Shown here piece by piece: positions 29,406-39,566 of a stretch of DNA of 64,000 nucleotides. Within the stretch, counting starts at the first letter, position 1. Every line of letters starts with the position of its first letter. This stretch comes from an uncultured delta proteobacterium (GTDB lineage Bacteria > Desulfobacterota > RBG-13-43-22), in assembly GCA_963790475.1 (NCBI GenBank), contig CAWBOS010000006.1, positions 416,001 to 480,000 of the forward strand, in the 5' to 3' direction. The notes under the pieces are model-generated. The model worked only from the letters and a program-made list of their open reading frames with translations, had not been told where the DNA came from and ran no database searches. The translations under genes and the position numbers were made by a program.

Positions 29406-30448
29406 TGCAAAAGAAGTTAAAGAAAAAAGATTTTAAAAAATTCTTCGGGGACCTTAAAAAAGGTTACAAAATATTCGCTCCTACCAAAAAAGGGACCATC
29501 ACGACTTACAACTTCGGGACCTTTGACTATGTCGATGATATTAAATGGTTGAGCTTGGACAGGAATCCGATTTCCTCCCCCAAAAAACTATTCCTCCCGG
29601 ATGGGGAGGCCCTCTTCAAATTCGAGAAAATGGGCCATGATGTAATCGTTAGAGAAGGGGAGCCGGAATGGAAGGAGAAACGAGTCCTTCTGGGAGTGAG
29701 ACCCTGCGACCTCGCAGCCATGGCCAAATTCGATAAGGTCTTCAATGAGGCCTATGATGACCCTCTTTACCGGGAAAGGAGAAAGAATACCCTCATCATC
29801 GGTATGACCTGCAATGAAAAGACCGATGACTCCTGCTTCTGCACGGTGACCGAGTCCGGGCCGGATATGGATTCGGGTTATGACCTGCTCATGACCGATG
29901 TCGGTGACAGCTATTTTTTCCAATCAGGCAGCCAAGAGGGGGAACTCTTACTGAAAAAGAGCTACTTCAAGGATGTGTTACCCGAGGATGTGGAAGCGCG
30001 GGGCCAAAGGATAGCAGAACTAAAAAAGGATTTGGAATCCAGGAACAAACTCGATCTCACCAATATAAAAGAGACGCTGGGCAAAGCCTATGGCAGCCCG
30101 ATATGGGACAAATACGGGAAGCGATGTGTGACTTGCGGGGCCTGCAATATGGTCTGCCCGACCTGTCACTGTTTCACCATCCTCGATAAGGCCAATGTGG
30201 GCAAAACCGAAGGTAAGAGAGTCCGCATTTGGGATTCCTGTCACTACGAGAAATTTGCCAAAATGGCCGGAGGATTCGATATCAGGCCGGAAAAAGTATC
30301 AAGGCTCAAACACCGGCTGTACGACAAATTCTATTATCCCTTTATCACCTATGGAGAGGGGTTCTGCGTGGGTTGCGGACGATGTATCCGGCATTGTCAA
30401 AGTGAAATAGATATCCGTGAGGCCTTAAGAGAGGTGGGCAATGAGTAA
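29405..30448 (+). CDS. AsrA / sulfhydrogenase beta / FlxB-like Fe-S subunit
   Basis: GVRPCD, CFC, CVTCGACNMVCPTCHCF, RIWDSC and CVGCGRCIRHC. Confidence 0.9.
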   Translation: MQKKLKKKDFKKFFGDLKKGYKIFAPTKKGTITTYNFGTFDYVDDIKWLSLDRNPISSPKKLFLPDGEALFKFEKMGHDVIVREGEPEWKEKRVLLGVRPCDLAAMAKFDKVFNEAYDDPLYRERRKNTLIIGMTCNEKTDDSCFCTVTESGPDMDSGYDLLMTDVGDSYFFQSGSQEGELLLKKSYFKDVLPEDVEARGQRIAELKKDLESRNKLDLTNIKETLGKAYGSPIWDKYGKRCVTCGACNMVCPTCHCFTILDKANVGKTEGKRVRIWDSCHYEKFAKMAGGFDIRPEKVSRLKHRLYDKFYYPFITYGEGFCVGCGRCIRHCQSEIDIREALREVGNE

Positions 30449-31280
30449 TCCCTACATACCCCAATTGGCTTTGATCAAAGAGATTACCGAAGAAAGCGCG
30501 AACATTCGGACTTTTACCGTCTCCTTCAAGGATAAAACCTCGTTCGACCCGCAGCCGGGACAGTTCATTGAGCTCTCCCTGTTTGGTTACGGCGAATTTC
30601 CGGTGAGCATTGCCGGGGTCATCGATCCGGCGGCCGGGATCTTCCAGACAACGATCCGGCGCATGGGAGGAGTCACTGAGGGCATCGCTGATCTAAAGGT
30701 GAACTCGACGGTAGGGGTCAGGGGACCTTTCGGCAAAGGATACCCGCTGGGAAAAATGGACGGCAAGGATGTTGTCCTGGTTGCCGGTGGCCTGGGCATG
30801 GCCAGCATTAAATATTTAGTCGATTGCCTGCTGAAGAACCGTGACCGGTACGGGAGGATCATACTGCTTTACGGGGCGGCAACTCCAGGGGATATCCTGT
30901 ACAAAAACAATCCGTCACTCTATCACCCGGAAACAAAAGAAAAGCCATTGGAAGTTTTCTTCACCGTAGATAAACCGGACAGTGAGTGGAAAGGGAACGT
31001 GGGGATCGTAACCGAGCTGCTTGATAAAATAGAGCCGGCCCTGGATATCAGCAAGTCCGTGGTTGCCGCCTGCGGCCCGAGTAAGATGATGAAGGCGGTG
31101 GTTGATCGGTTTATTCTGGCCGGGTTCAAGGGAGAGCAGTTGTTGCTGTCCTTTGAGAGACGAATGCAGTGCGGGATGGGCATGTGCGGACATTGCATGA
31201 TGGGAGAAAAACGGGTTTGCCTGGATGGACCGGTCATCTCTTTCCATAATGTAAAAGATACACTGGAAAACCTGTTTTAA
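30441..31280 (+). CDS. AsrB / sulfhydrogenase gamma / FlxA-like FAD/NAD(P)-binding 2Fe-2S subunit
   Basis: PGQF, RGPFGKGY, VAGGLG, CGP and ERRMQCGMGMCGHC...CLDGPV. Confidence 0.92.
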   Translation: MSNPYIPQLALIKEITEESANIRTFTVSFKDKTSFDPQPGQFIELSLFGYGEFPVSIAGVIDPAAGIFQTTIRRMGGVTEGIADLKVNSTVGVRGPFGKGYPLGKMDGKDVVLVAGGLGMASIKYLVDCLLKNRDRYGRIILLYGAATPGDILYKNNPSLYHPETKEKPLEVFFTVDKPDSEWKGNVGIVTELLDKIEPALDISKSVVAACGPSKMMKAVVDRFILAGFKGEQLLLSFERRMQCGMGMCGHCMMGEKRVCLDGPVISFHNVKDTLENLF

Positions 31281-31400
31281 TCACCTATGAAATATTCAGC
31301 TAATAGGCCAGAGGAGGTCTTGTTTCCGGGATTGTAAAGGGAGAGGGTTTTCTGAGCGAAACGAGGCGGTGAAGGGCAGGACAATAACGTTTAATGGTTG

Positions 31401-31435
31401 AAAAAAAAGAAGGGGGATTTACTTGAAATCCCCCT
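31401..31435 (-). terminator. Rho-independent terminator
   Basis: 10-bp stem AGGGGGATTT/AAATCCCCCT with a T-tract on the minus strand, just after the stop at 31458. Confidence 0.85.
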
Positions 31436-31457
31436 CTTCTGTCATCAGGGGAAAAGA

Positions 31458-31721
31458 TTATTTCTTTTCCGCCGGAGCCGCAGGAGCTTCTTCTTTAGGA
31501 GCGGCTTTCTTTACTTTCTTTACCTTTTTCTTTTTGGCTGCTTTCTTCATCGGAGCTTTTTCTGGAGCTTTTTCTTCAGCCTTGGCTGGTTCAGCCGGAG
31601 CAGCAGCAGCAGGTTTGTCCATCGGTTTCTTTTCTTCCCTCTTCATCGGTTCAGCGGCAAAAGCCAAAGAAAAAACCAAAGAGAATGCCAAAGTCATGGT
31701 CCAAACGATTAACTTTTTCAT
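31458..31721 (-). CDS. Small secreted Lys/Ala/Glu-rich low-complexity protein
   Basis: Signal peptide ending AFA, GGGAGG RBS, own promoter and terminator. Confidence 0.8.
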   Translation of the reverse strand: MKKLIVWTMTLAFSLVFSLAFAAEPMKREEKKPMDKPAAAAPAEPAKAEEKAPEKAPMKKAAKKKKVKKVKKAAPKEEAPAAPAEKK

Positions 31722-31801
31722 AGATTTTCACCTCCCTTATCTTGTATTTTAACGATCTATCTCCAATACTTTCATGGGGAATCTTAACTAACCAGAGTTA
31801 A

Positions 31802-31818
31802 AGCAAAGATAATGCCAA
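31802..31818 (-). promoter_or_regulatory. sigma54 (-24/-12) promoter
   Basis: Minus strand TTGGCATTATCTTTGCT: GG-N10-GC with TGGCA and TTGCT flanks, about 80 nt upstream of ATG 31721. Confidence 0.75.
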
Positions 31819-32187
31819 AAGATAAATTACATGAATTAGACAAGTTACAAAATAACCAAGTTCCCTTAAAGGGCAAGATTTCCTTTTTTGGGAATTCTTA
31901 GACCTATATTGAAAATATATTGCAATTTTTGGAAAAATGGCGGGTATTTTTTCTATTCAAGTACCTGCCGATTATACATTCCTGAATACCGGGGTTGGGC
32001 AGACAATTCGTCAGGCCTTCTAAAAGGAGACGGGAAGTCAGTTTATTAGACTTAGACAAGATTTCTTAACTTTTTGGCTTCCTTTATCGATATATTTTTT
32101 TATAACATTTTTCATTTACATCATTATTATGATATAAAACAATATACCTTAGTGAAGCCTAAATCATAAGAAAGTGAGAGAGGCCAA

Positions 32188-32310
32188 ATGGATATTCCAA
32201 GATATGACACGTATTGCGGAATATATTGCGGCGCTTGCGAAGGTGTGACTGTACCGAGGGGTATTCCCGTCAGAGCACCAGCCAGGAAGAATCAAAAGTC
32301 TGATCGATGA
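32188..32310 (+). pseudogene. Truncated Cys-rich (DUF3795-like) ORF
   Basis: MDIPRYDTYCGIYCGACEG... with an RBS; stops after 40 aa. Confidence 0.45.
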
Positions 32311-32409
32311 CCTCAGATTTGAGGACCCAACATTTGAGGATTTACCCATTTATCTTCCGACCGATTTTATGAGTAATGGTACTTGGAAAACAGCAAGGGA
32401 AATTTAACG

Positions 32410-34671
32410 ATGAGCCAAGAAACCTTGAACCAAAAAATCTCTCCCTGGTGGCGGCGGTCCGTTATTCTGACTTTGCTTGTCTGCTTCGGCATTCAGGTCT
32501 GGATCGCATGCCTGGCCTATCAAGGCGCGCCTCCCATCCCCGATCGGGTGGTCAACCAAGCCGGGGAAACCCTATTTACCGGGAATGACATCCTCTCAGG
32601 ACAACAGGTATTTTTAAAGTACGGACTGATGGAAAACGGCACCATCTGGGGGCACGGGGCCTATTTGGGACCGGACTTCTCGGCGGCCTATTTACACACC
32701 CTGGGTATGGACACCGGCATGATCCTGGGCCAATCTCATTTCGGACGGGCATTGGGAGACCTTCCCCTGGGCGAACAAGGGGTGATCAAATTCTGGGTCC
32801 GGGAACTGCTTAAGGAAAACCGCTATGACCCCCGGACCGGGACCCTGGTGTTCCTGCCGGCCGAGGAGTTGTCCTTTCTGAAACAGGTGAACCGGTGGGC
32901 CGATTACTTTGTCAATCCGGCTTTGAACGGCGGTCTGAAGGCCAAGTACATCCAGGACCCGGTCGAGCTGCGTCAACTGACAGCCTATTTTGCCTGGACC
33001 GCCTGGGCTTCCGTGGCCCGCCGTCCAGGACGGTCCTATTCCTACACCAATAATTTCCCCTATGACCCCTTGGTGGGCAATACCCCGATTCCCGCGGCTT
33101 ACCTCTGGAGTGCTTTAAGCCTGATCACACTGCTGGCAGGAACGGCGGCCATTCTCTTTGCCTTTGGTAAATTCAGCTACTTAGGCTGGAAGGAGACGCC
33201 CCAGATCAATCCGGCCCTGGTGCCCGGCAAGGCCACGGCCAGCCAGCAGGCTACCATGAAGTTTTTTGTTATCGTCACTGTGCTCTTTTTGGCCCAGACG
33301 CTGATCGGCGCCGCTGTGGGCCACAACCGGGCCGAACCGGGCAGTTTCTTCGGGCTTGACCTCTACCAGGTCTTTCCCAGCAATATTTTGCGTACCTGGC
33401 ATCTGCAATTGGCCCTTTTTTGGATCGTCACCGCTTATATCGGCGGTGGGTTGCTGCTGGCCACGGCCCTGGGTGAGGGGGAGCGCCGCAGGCAGGTTTG
33501 GGGGATCAATTTTTTGTTCTGGGCCCTGGTCTTGGTGGTCGGGGGGAGTCTTTTGGGGGAGTTCCTGGGGATCCATAATCTTTTGGGAAGACTGTGGTTC
33601 TGGTTCGGCCACCAGGGCTGGGAATATCTGGACCTGGGCCGGGGCTGGCAGGTCCTGCTGGCCCTGGGATTGGTGATCTGGGTCGTTTTGCTCTGGCGTC
33701 AGATCGGCCCGGCCTTTAACGACCCAGAGCGCCGGGAGATCTCCCTCCTGTTCATGGCGGCGGCCATGTCCATCCCTTTGTTTTATCTTCCGGCCTTTTT
33801 CTTCGGCAGCACGACCAACTACACCGTGGTGGACAACTGGCGCTTCTGGATTATCCATCTCTGGGTGGAAGGCTTTATGGAACTCTTGGTGACCGTCATG
33901 GTAGCCGTGACCTTTTTCCGCATGGGCCTGGTCTCCAGGCAGACTGCCGCCCGGGTCATTTATCTGGATGCCATTCTCTTTTTGGGCAGTGGTATCATCG
34001 GCACCGGCCACCACTGGTACTGGACCGGTCAGTCTCAGATCAATCTGGCCTTTTCCGCCTTGTTTTCAGCCATGGAGGTGCTCCCCTTAACCCTGCTGAC
34101 CCTGGATGCCTGGGATTTTGTCAAGGTGACGCGAGGAGGCAACTCCATGGACCTGTCGCATAAGTGGACCTTTTATTTTTTGATGGCTGTAGGCTTCTGG
34201 AATTTTTTGGGGGCGGGCATCTTCGGTTTTCTGATCAACCTGCCCATAATCAGCTATTTTGAGGTGGGCACCATCCTGACCCCTAACCACGCCCACAGCG
34301 CCCTCATGGGGGCCTTCGGGATGGAGGCCATGGCTTTGACAGTCATGGCCTTCCGCCAGGTACTCAAAGATGAAGCCTGGGCCCGGGTGGAAAGGTTTGT
34401 CCGGGTATCCTTCTGGGGGCTGAATGTGGGTCTGGCCCTGATGGTCCTGGGAAACCTCTTTCCCGGGGGGGTGCTGCAAATGGTCGATGTCATGCAAAAC
34501 GGCTACTGGCACGCCCGGAGCCTTGACTATGTCACCCAAGATTTTGTGCGTTTTATTGAATGGTGCCGTATGCCCGGGGACCTTATCTTTATCTTCCTGG
34601 GGGTGGTACCCATGGTCTGGGCGGCTTTGCTGACTTACCGGGAAATGGTCAAGACGTCCCGGAGTTTTTAA
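32410..34671 (+). CDS. norZ: Quinol-dependent nitric oxide reductase (qNor)
   Basis: GTIWGHGAYLGPD, YTNNFPYDP, RTWHLQ, GWEYLDLGR, HLWVEGFME, GTGHH, HAHSAL and RMPGD. Confidence 0.95.
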   Translation: MSQETLNQKISPWWRRSVILTLLVCFGIQVWIACLAYQGAPPIPDRVVNQAGETLFTGNDILSGQQVFLKYGLMENGTIWGHGAYLGPDFSAAYLHTLGMDTGMILGQSHFGRALGDLPLGEQGVIKFWVRELLKENRYDPRTGTLVFLPAEELSFLKQVNRWADYFVNPALNGGLKAKYIQDPVELRQLTAYFAWTAWASVARRPGRSYSYTNNFPYDPLVGNTPIPAAYLWSALSLITLLAGTAAILFAFGKFSYLGWKETPQINPALVPGKATASQQATMKFFVIVTVLFLAQTLIGAAVGHNRAEPGSFFGLDLYQVFPSNILRTWHLQLALFWIVTAYIGGGLLLATALGEGERRRQVWGINFLFWALVLVVGGSLLGEFLGIHNLLGRLWFWFGHQGWEYLDLGRGWQVLLALGLVIWVVLLWRQIGPAFNDPERREISLLFMAAAMSIPLFYLPAFFFGSTTNYTVVDNWRFWIIHLWVEGFMELLVTVMVAVTFFRMGLVSRQTAARVIYLDAILFLGSGIIGTGHHWYWTGQSQINLAFSALFSAMEVLPLTLLTLDAWDFVKVTRGGNSMDLSHKWTFYFLMAVGFWNFLGAGIFGFLINLPIISYFEVGTILTPNHAHSALMGAFGMEAMALTVMAFRQVLKDEAWARVERFVRVSFWGLNVGLALMVLGNLFPGGVLQMVDVMQNGYWHARSLDYVTQDFVRFIEWCRMPGDLIFIFLGVVPMVWAALLTYREMVKTSRSF

Positions 34672-34744
34672 AAAAGACCCATTGGTCACGGCTACAGGCG
34701 GAGGTCAATGACCTTTTGGATAATCGAGAAAAGGAGTATGTCCT

Positions 34745-35377
34745 ATGAACGGCTCAAAAAGGATCTCAGCGCTTTTTATCGATATCGGAGGGGTCATCCT
34801 GGAAAACGGGTGGGACCGCAACAAACGGCGTCACGCCTCGGAAATTTTCGGGTTCGACTTGGAGGAGATGAACGAGCGTCATCATCTCACCTTTGACACC
34901 TACGAACAAGGCAAGCTCAGTCTTGACGAGTATTTGAACCGGACCATTTTTTACGAGAAACGCCCTTTTTCAAAAGAAGAAGTAAAGGCCTTTATGTTTA
35001 AAACCGGGGCCTACCCGCAAATGATCGACCTGTTCCGCAGTCTGAAAAAAGGTTGCGGAATAAAAATGGCCGTAGTCAGCAATGAAGGCCGGGAACTGAC
35101 CATCCAGCGCATCTCTGAATATTACCTAAATGAATTCATCGATTTTTTTATCTGTTCCTGCTTCGTTCACCTCAGAAAACCCGATGAAGAAATCTACCGC
35201 CTGGCTCTCGACGTGGCCCAGGTCAATCCAGCAGAGGTTATCTACATCGATGACCGGAAGATGTTCGTCGAAGTGGCTAAGAACCTGGGTATCAACGGGG
35301 TCCATCATACGGGCTATGTCTCAACCACCGGCCTACTGGCTGCCTACGGGCTTGTCGGAGGTGTCTCCCAACGGTAA
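34745..35377 (+). CDS. HAD family phosphatase
   Basis: FIDIGGV, SNEG, RKPD and IDDR motifs. Confidence 0.9.
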   Translation: MNGSKRISALFIDIGGVILENGWDRNKRRHASEIFGFDLEEMNERHHLTFDTYEQGKLSLDEYLNRTIFYEKRPFSKEEVKAFMFKTGAYPQMIDLFRSLKKGCGIKMAVVSNEGRELTIQRISEYYLNEFIDFFICSCFVHLRKPDEEIYRLALDVAQVNPAEVIYIDDRKMFVEVAKNLGINGVHHTGYVSTTGLLAAYGLVGGVSQR

Positions 35378-35604
35378 AGAGCTAAATTTGACTTTGGGAG
35401 CAGGTTATGAACCCCTCCGGGAAAAAAACTCTTTTTGAATTGGAAGTTGAGGCCCTGCCCCCGATTAGACTGACTCTGACGGTGGGGCCTTTCGCGCCGT
35501 TCGAACAGGAGACGCAAGAGATCTTCGAGCCATGGACCCTTTTGCCGTTTTGGTCTATTTCCATCTTCTTTTAATCAGGTTGGCTGATAAAGGCTTTATC
35601 CCCT

Positions 35605-36156
35605 ATGTCTAAGAACAGACAGGCTAATATCCAAAATATATTCACTATTGGCCACAGTATACGTCCCCTGGACCAGTTTTGGACTATCCTTAAATCCTTC
35701 GCCATAGATCTGGTAGTTGATGTTCGTACTATACCCCGGTCGAGACACAACCCCCAATTCAACCGGGAAACCCTGCCTGAAAGTCTCAAGCCGCAGGGGA
35801 TCGGGTACATCCATCAGTCCGGTCTGGGTGGTTTAAGGAAGACCTCCCCCGACTCACCGAATAAGGGCTGGCACAATGCCTTTTTCCGGGGCTTTGCCGA
35901 TTACATGCAAACCGGAGAATTTGAATCAAACCTGAAAGAACTCATCGAAACGGCCTCCAAGAAAACCCCGGTCCTCATGTGCGCCGAAACCCTGCCCTGG
36001 CGCTGCCACCGATCCCTCATTGCCGATGCTCTGCTGGTGCGTGGGATCCCGGTAATCCATATCTTAAAATTAGACGGCTCTCACCCCCACAAACTGACGT
36101 CCTTCGCCAGGGTTCAGGGAATGACAGTCACTTACCCGAAACCGGAGATGGAGTGA
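35605..36156 (+). CDS. DUF488 family protein
   Basis: TIGHS, DVRTIPRSRHNPQFN, LGGLR and MCAETLPWRCHRSLIAD. Confidence 0.9.
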   Translation: MSKNRQANIQNIFTIGHSIRPLDQFWTILKSFAIDLVVDVRTIPRSRHNPQFNRETLPESLKPQGIGYIHQSGLGGLRKTSPDSPNKGWHNAFFRGFADYMQTGEFESNLKELIETASKKTPVLMCAETLPWRCHRSLIADALLVRGIPVIHILKLDGSHPHKLTSFARVQGMTVTYPKPEME

Positions 36157-36207
36157 AAATATAGCCTTCCTCACTTAGAAATCGAGAATTCGGAAAGGCC
36201 TTTCAAA

Positions 36208-37005
36208 ATGGGTGATCAAGAAATTGGAAAGTCGAAGCCAGAGATTGTTATTCACCCGAACCGGGAGTCATTGTCGGTAGGAGTCTCATCTCAGGTGGCG
36301 CTGTTGGCGGCAGAGGCCATCTTGAAACGGAAACGTTTTTATATTGCCCTTTCAGGTGGTTCGCTGATGGAGATCATCTCCCCTCCATTAGTTACAAAAC
36401 CGTTGCGAGACGAAATCGACTGGTCGGGCTGGCATATTTTTTGGGCAGATGAGCGCTTTGTGCCGCCAACCAGTCCTGAAAGTAATTATAGCGTCGCCAA
36501 TAAACAACTATTCAGACATGTCAATATTCCTTTCAACCAGATACATCCCCTGGTCAGTACGCTCGGGGTTTCGGAAGCGGCCGAAGCTTACGAGTCCACT
36601 ATGAACAAGGTATTTCAGCCCAGGGCTGGCCGACTCCCGAGATTTGACCTGATTCTATTAGGGATCGGGGAAGACGGGCATATCGCTTCTCTTTTCCCGG
36701 GTCATCCGCTTTTGAATGAAACGAAGCGCTGGGTGGCCACTATTTTTGATGCGCCTAAACCGCCTCCGGTGCGTGTCACGCTGACCTTACCGGTGATCAA
36801 TAACGCCCGGCACATTGTCTTCGTAGCAGCCGGTGCCGGCAAGAAGGCCATATTGTCCGAAATTCTCGGACCAGGCCTTCATCGACGAAAATTGCCGGCA
36901 GAATTAGTAAACCCCAACCATGGGGATCTTCGGTGGTTTGTGGATGCCGCTTCCGTCGCAGCAGCGGATTTAGGGAAAACAAAGAATAGGGTCAGGACTC
37001 CCTGA
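36208..37005 (+). CDS. pgl: 6-phosphogluconolactonase
   Basis: ALSGGS, FWADERFVP, SNY, LGIGEDGHIASLFP and PKPPPVRVTLT. Confidence 0.94.
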   Translation: MGDQEIGKSKPEIVIHPNRESLSVGVSSQVALLAAEAILKRKRFYIALSGGSLMEIISPPLVTKPLRDEIDWSGWHIFWADERFVPPTSPESNYSVANKQLFRHVNIPFNQIHPLVSTLGVSEAAEAYESTMNKVFQPRAGRLPRFDLILLGIGEDGHIASLFPGHPLLNETKRWVATIFDAPKPPPVRVTLTLPVINNARHIVFVAAGAGKKAILSEILGPGLHRRKLPAELVNPNHGDLRWFVDAASVAAADLGKTKNRVRTP

Positions 37006-37465
37006 GGAAGGAATTCAGAGAAGGCCCCCTGACGGTGCCGGAACATATTTTTAGTGTTCGTCTGCAAATCCTGCTGAAGACAGGTCATGCTGCCCGGTCA
37101 AGGCCCCAATTTTGCCGTCCGCGGCCCGATCTCAAAAGTAATGGTTTTTTTGTGTAAAACTACAGGGAATACTTTATTTACTTTTGGGCCGTTTTCAGCA
37201 AAAATATTTTGTTATAGAAGTATGGAGAGATTTAACCGTGAGTCCAGGGGATACCCCGGGAAAGGGAAAACCGTACCCTTGACCCATCGATGAAGCAGAC
37301 CGATTGAACCCTTAGGCCGGGGGAAAAGCCCTCCGGGAGCATGATGAGACTTGCCCGAGATCCTGAACCGGGTCTGGAGTAAAAAATAACATTGGATAGT
37401 TCAGGGACCGAGTGTGCAGCGCATAGGATGGAAACCTGACAGATCATAAAAGAAAGGAAAGGGAA

Positions 37466-38584
37466 GTGAACCGACATACGATTCCATTAGGACGCATTCT
37501 GGGTATCCCTATCGGGCTGGACTATTCCTGGTTTTTGATTTTTGTGCTGATCACCTGGACGATGGCTGTTGGCTACTATCCGGCCGAATTTAAGAACTGG
37601 CCGGCAGCCCAATATTGGATTGTGGGAGCCTTGACGGCCATCATGCTGTTTGTAAGCGTATTACTCCACGAGTTGGGACACTCAGTAGTGGCCATGCGCT
37701 ACAAAATCCCGGTCCGAAGCATCACCCTCTTTATATTCGGGGGTATCTCCCAAATGGGGACCGAACCAAGCAGGGCTCTGGCTCAATTCTGGATCTCCAT
37801 CATCGGCCCCGCTGTCAGTTTCGGTTTAGCCGCCTTCTTTTTCCTGTTGCAGCCCCTCTTCATGGATGTTGTGCCGCTCCTGGCCTTGGTCAAATATCTG
37901 GTTTATATCAACCTGGTGCTGGGCCTTTTTAATCTGATTCCAGGCTTCCCCCTGGACGGCGGGGGTGTCTTTCGGGCCATTGTCTGGGGTATTACCCGCA
38001 ACCTGCGCCGGGCCACCCTCATTGCCGCCAATTTGGGGCAAATCATCGCCTATCTCTTCATCTTCTTCGGGGTCTGGCAAATGTTTGGCGGCAATTTCAT
38101 CAACGGCCTGTGGATTGCCTTCATCGGTTGGTTCCTGGAAAGTGCCGCCAAGGGACAGGTTCAGCAACTGGCGCTCCACGATATGCTTGCCGGACATAAC
38201 GTGTCGCAGGCGATGAATCGGCAATATACTGCAATCCCGGCCGATACAACCTTGCAACGCCTGGTCGACGATCACATTTTGATGAGCGGCCGAAGAAACT
38301 TCGTGGTCAAGAAGAGTAACGAATCCGTTGGGTTGTTGACCTTGCATCAAATTAAAGAGGTCCCGCGATCTGATTGGCCGACCAGGACGGCCGCCCAAGC
38401 GATGATCCCAGCCAAGCAGATGAAACGGGTGCGTCCCGATACGGAACTATGGACAGCTCTGGAAGAGATGGACCGGGAGGGAGTCAATCAACTTCCCGTA
38501 ATGGTGGATGGGGAAACTCAGGGCATGCTCAGTCGGGAGGATATCATAAGCTATCTGCGCACCTTGAAGGAATTCGGTGCTTAA
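37466..38584 (+). CDS. Site-2 (M50) intramembrane protease with tandem CBS domains
   Basis: HELGH, FNLIPGFPLDGG and two C-terminal CBS repeats. Confidence 0.93.
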   Translation: MNRHTIPLGRILGIPIGLDYSWFLIFVLITWTMAVGYYPAEFKNWPAAQYWIVGALTAIMLFVSVLLHELGHSVVAMRYKIPVRSITLFIFGGISQMGTEPSRALAQFWISIIGPAVSFGLAAFFFLLQPLFMDVVPLLALVKYLVYINLVLGLFNLIPGFPLDGGGVFRAIVWGITRNLRRATLIAANLGQIIAYLFIFFGVWQMFGGNFINGLWIAFIGWFLESAAKGQVQQLALHDMLAGHNVSQAMNRQYTAIPADTTLQRLVDDHILMSGRRNFVVKKSNESVGLLTLHQIKEVPRSDWPTRTAAQAMIPAKQMKRVRPDTELWTALEEMDREGVNQLPVMVDGETQGMLSREDIISYLRTLKEFGA

Positions 38585-38637
38585 CCTAAGTATTGCGTGT
38601 GATGACGGCTGGCACCCAAACACGAGGAAGAGATCGG

Positions 38638-39366
38638 ATGACATCACCCGACGAAGTTGTATTCTTGTTTGATGTGGACAACACCCTGTTGGATAATGAT
38701 CGTGTGCAAGATGATCTCAAGAACCATCTTGAGGATGAGTTCGGCACTGAGAGTCGGGACCGGTACTGGGCCCTATTGGAAGGATTGCGCTGCGAACTCG
38801 GCTACACGGATTACCTCGGCGCTTTACAGCGCTACCGTCTCGAAAATCTCCACGATCCGCGATTGTTGACCATGGCTTCATTTCTGGTGGATTATCCCTT
38901 TGCCGACCGACTTTACCCCGGTGCCCTCGATGCCCTTGAGGTTGTCCGCCCTTGGGGAAAGACGGTTATCTTGTCCGATGGCGACGTAGTCTTCCAGCCG
39001 CGGAAAGTCCAACGATCGGGATTATGGAAAGCGGTTGAGGGTCGGGTGCTGATCTACATCCACAAAGAGCAGATGCTGACGGATGTCGAGCGGCACTACC
39101 CGGCCCGGTCGTACATCATGATGGATGATAAGCTGCGCATTCTTATCGCAATGAAAGAGATTTGGGGGAACAGGCTGACGACGACCTTCCTTCGGCAGGG
39201 ACGATATGCCCTCGACTATAAAAATATCTCTGCTTATCCGCCGGCTGATCTGACGATTGAGCGCATCGGCGATCTGGTCAATGATGGCTTACCCGCGTTA
39301 CTCGCCGCCTTCCAGGCTGGCAGGGGCAATAGGGGAAACCATGAAACCGACACAACGACTGGATGA
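38638..39366 (+). CDS. HAD family hydrolase
   Basis: FDVDNTLLDND, LSDGDVVFQP and MDDK motifs. Confidence 0.88.
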   Translation: MTSPDEVVFLFDVDNTLLDNDRVQDDLKNHLEDEFGTESRDRYWALLEGLRCELGYTDYLGALQRYRLENLHDPRLLTMASFLVDYPFADRLYPGALDALEVVRPWGKTVILSDGDVVFQPRKVQRSGLWKAVEGRVLIYIHKEQMLTDVERHYPARSYIMMDDKLRILIAMKEIWGNRLTTTFLRQGRYALDYKNISAYPPADLTIERIGDLVNDGLPALLAAFQAGRGNRGNHETDTTTG

Positions 39367-39546
39367 TCTCGGTCAGAGCCTTTGGCTCGACAACATTACC
39401 CGTGGGCACTGACAGAGGGGAATCTCCGCCATTATATAACCGAACTTTCGGTGACGGAGCTCACCTCGAACCCCAATTTTTGATCAGGCATTGATAATGC
39501 CAAATTCTCTATCGAGGCCATCCGCCAAAAGCTGCGGGAGGGAAAA
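39341..39546 (+). pseudogene. tal: Decayed 5' remnant of a transaldolase gene
   Basis: MKPTQRLDDLGQSLWLDNITRG...LSVTELTSNP...FDQA, with several indels and truncation after about 70 codons. Confidence 0.8.
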
Positions 39547-39566
39547 ACTCAACCAGGAGGAAAACG

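Noticed and set aside
32410-34671. Nitric oxide dismutase (Nod) rather than qNor
   Set aside because: The active-site motifs are canonical for qNor (HLWVEG..E, GHH, HAH) and the quinol-site His and RxxGD are retained.
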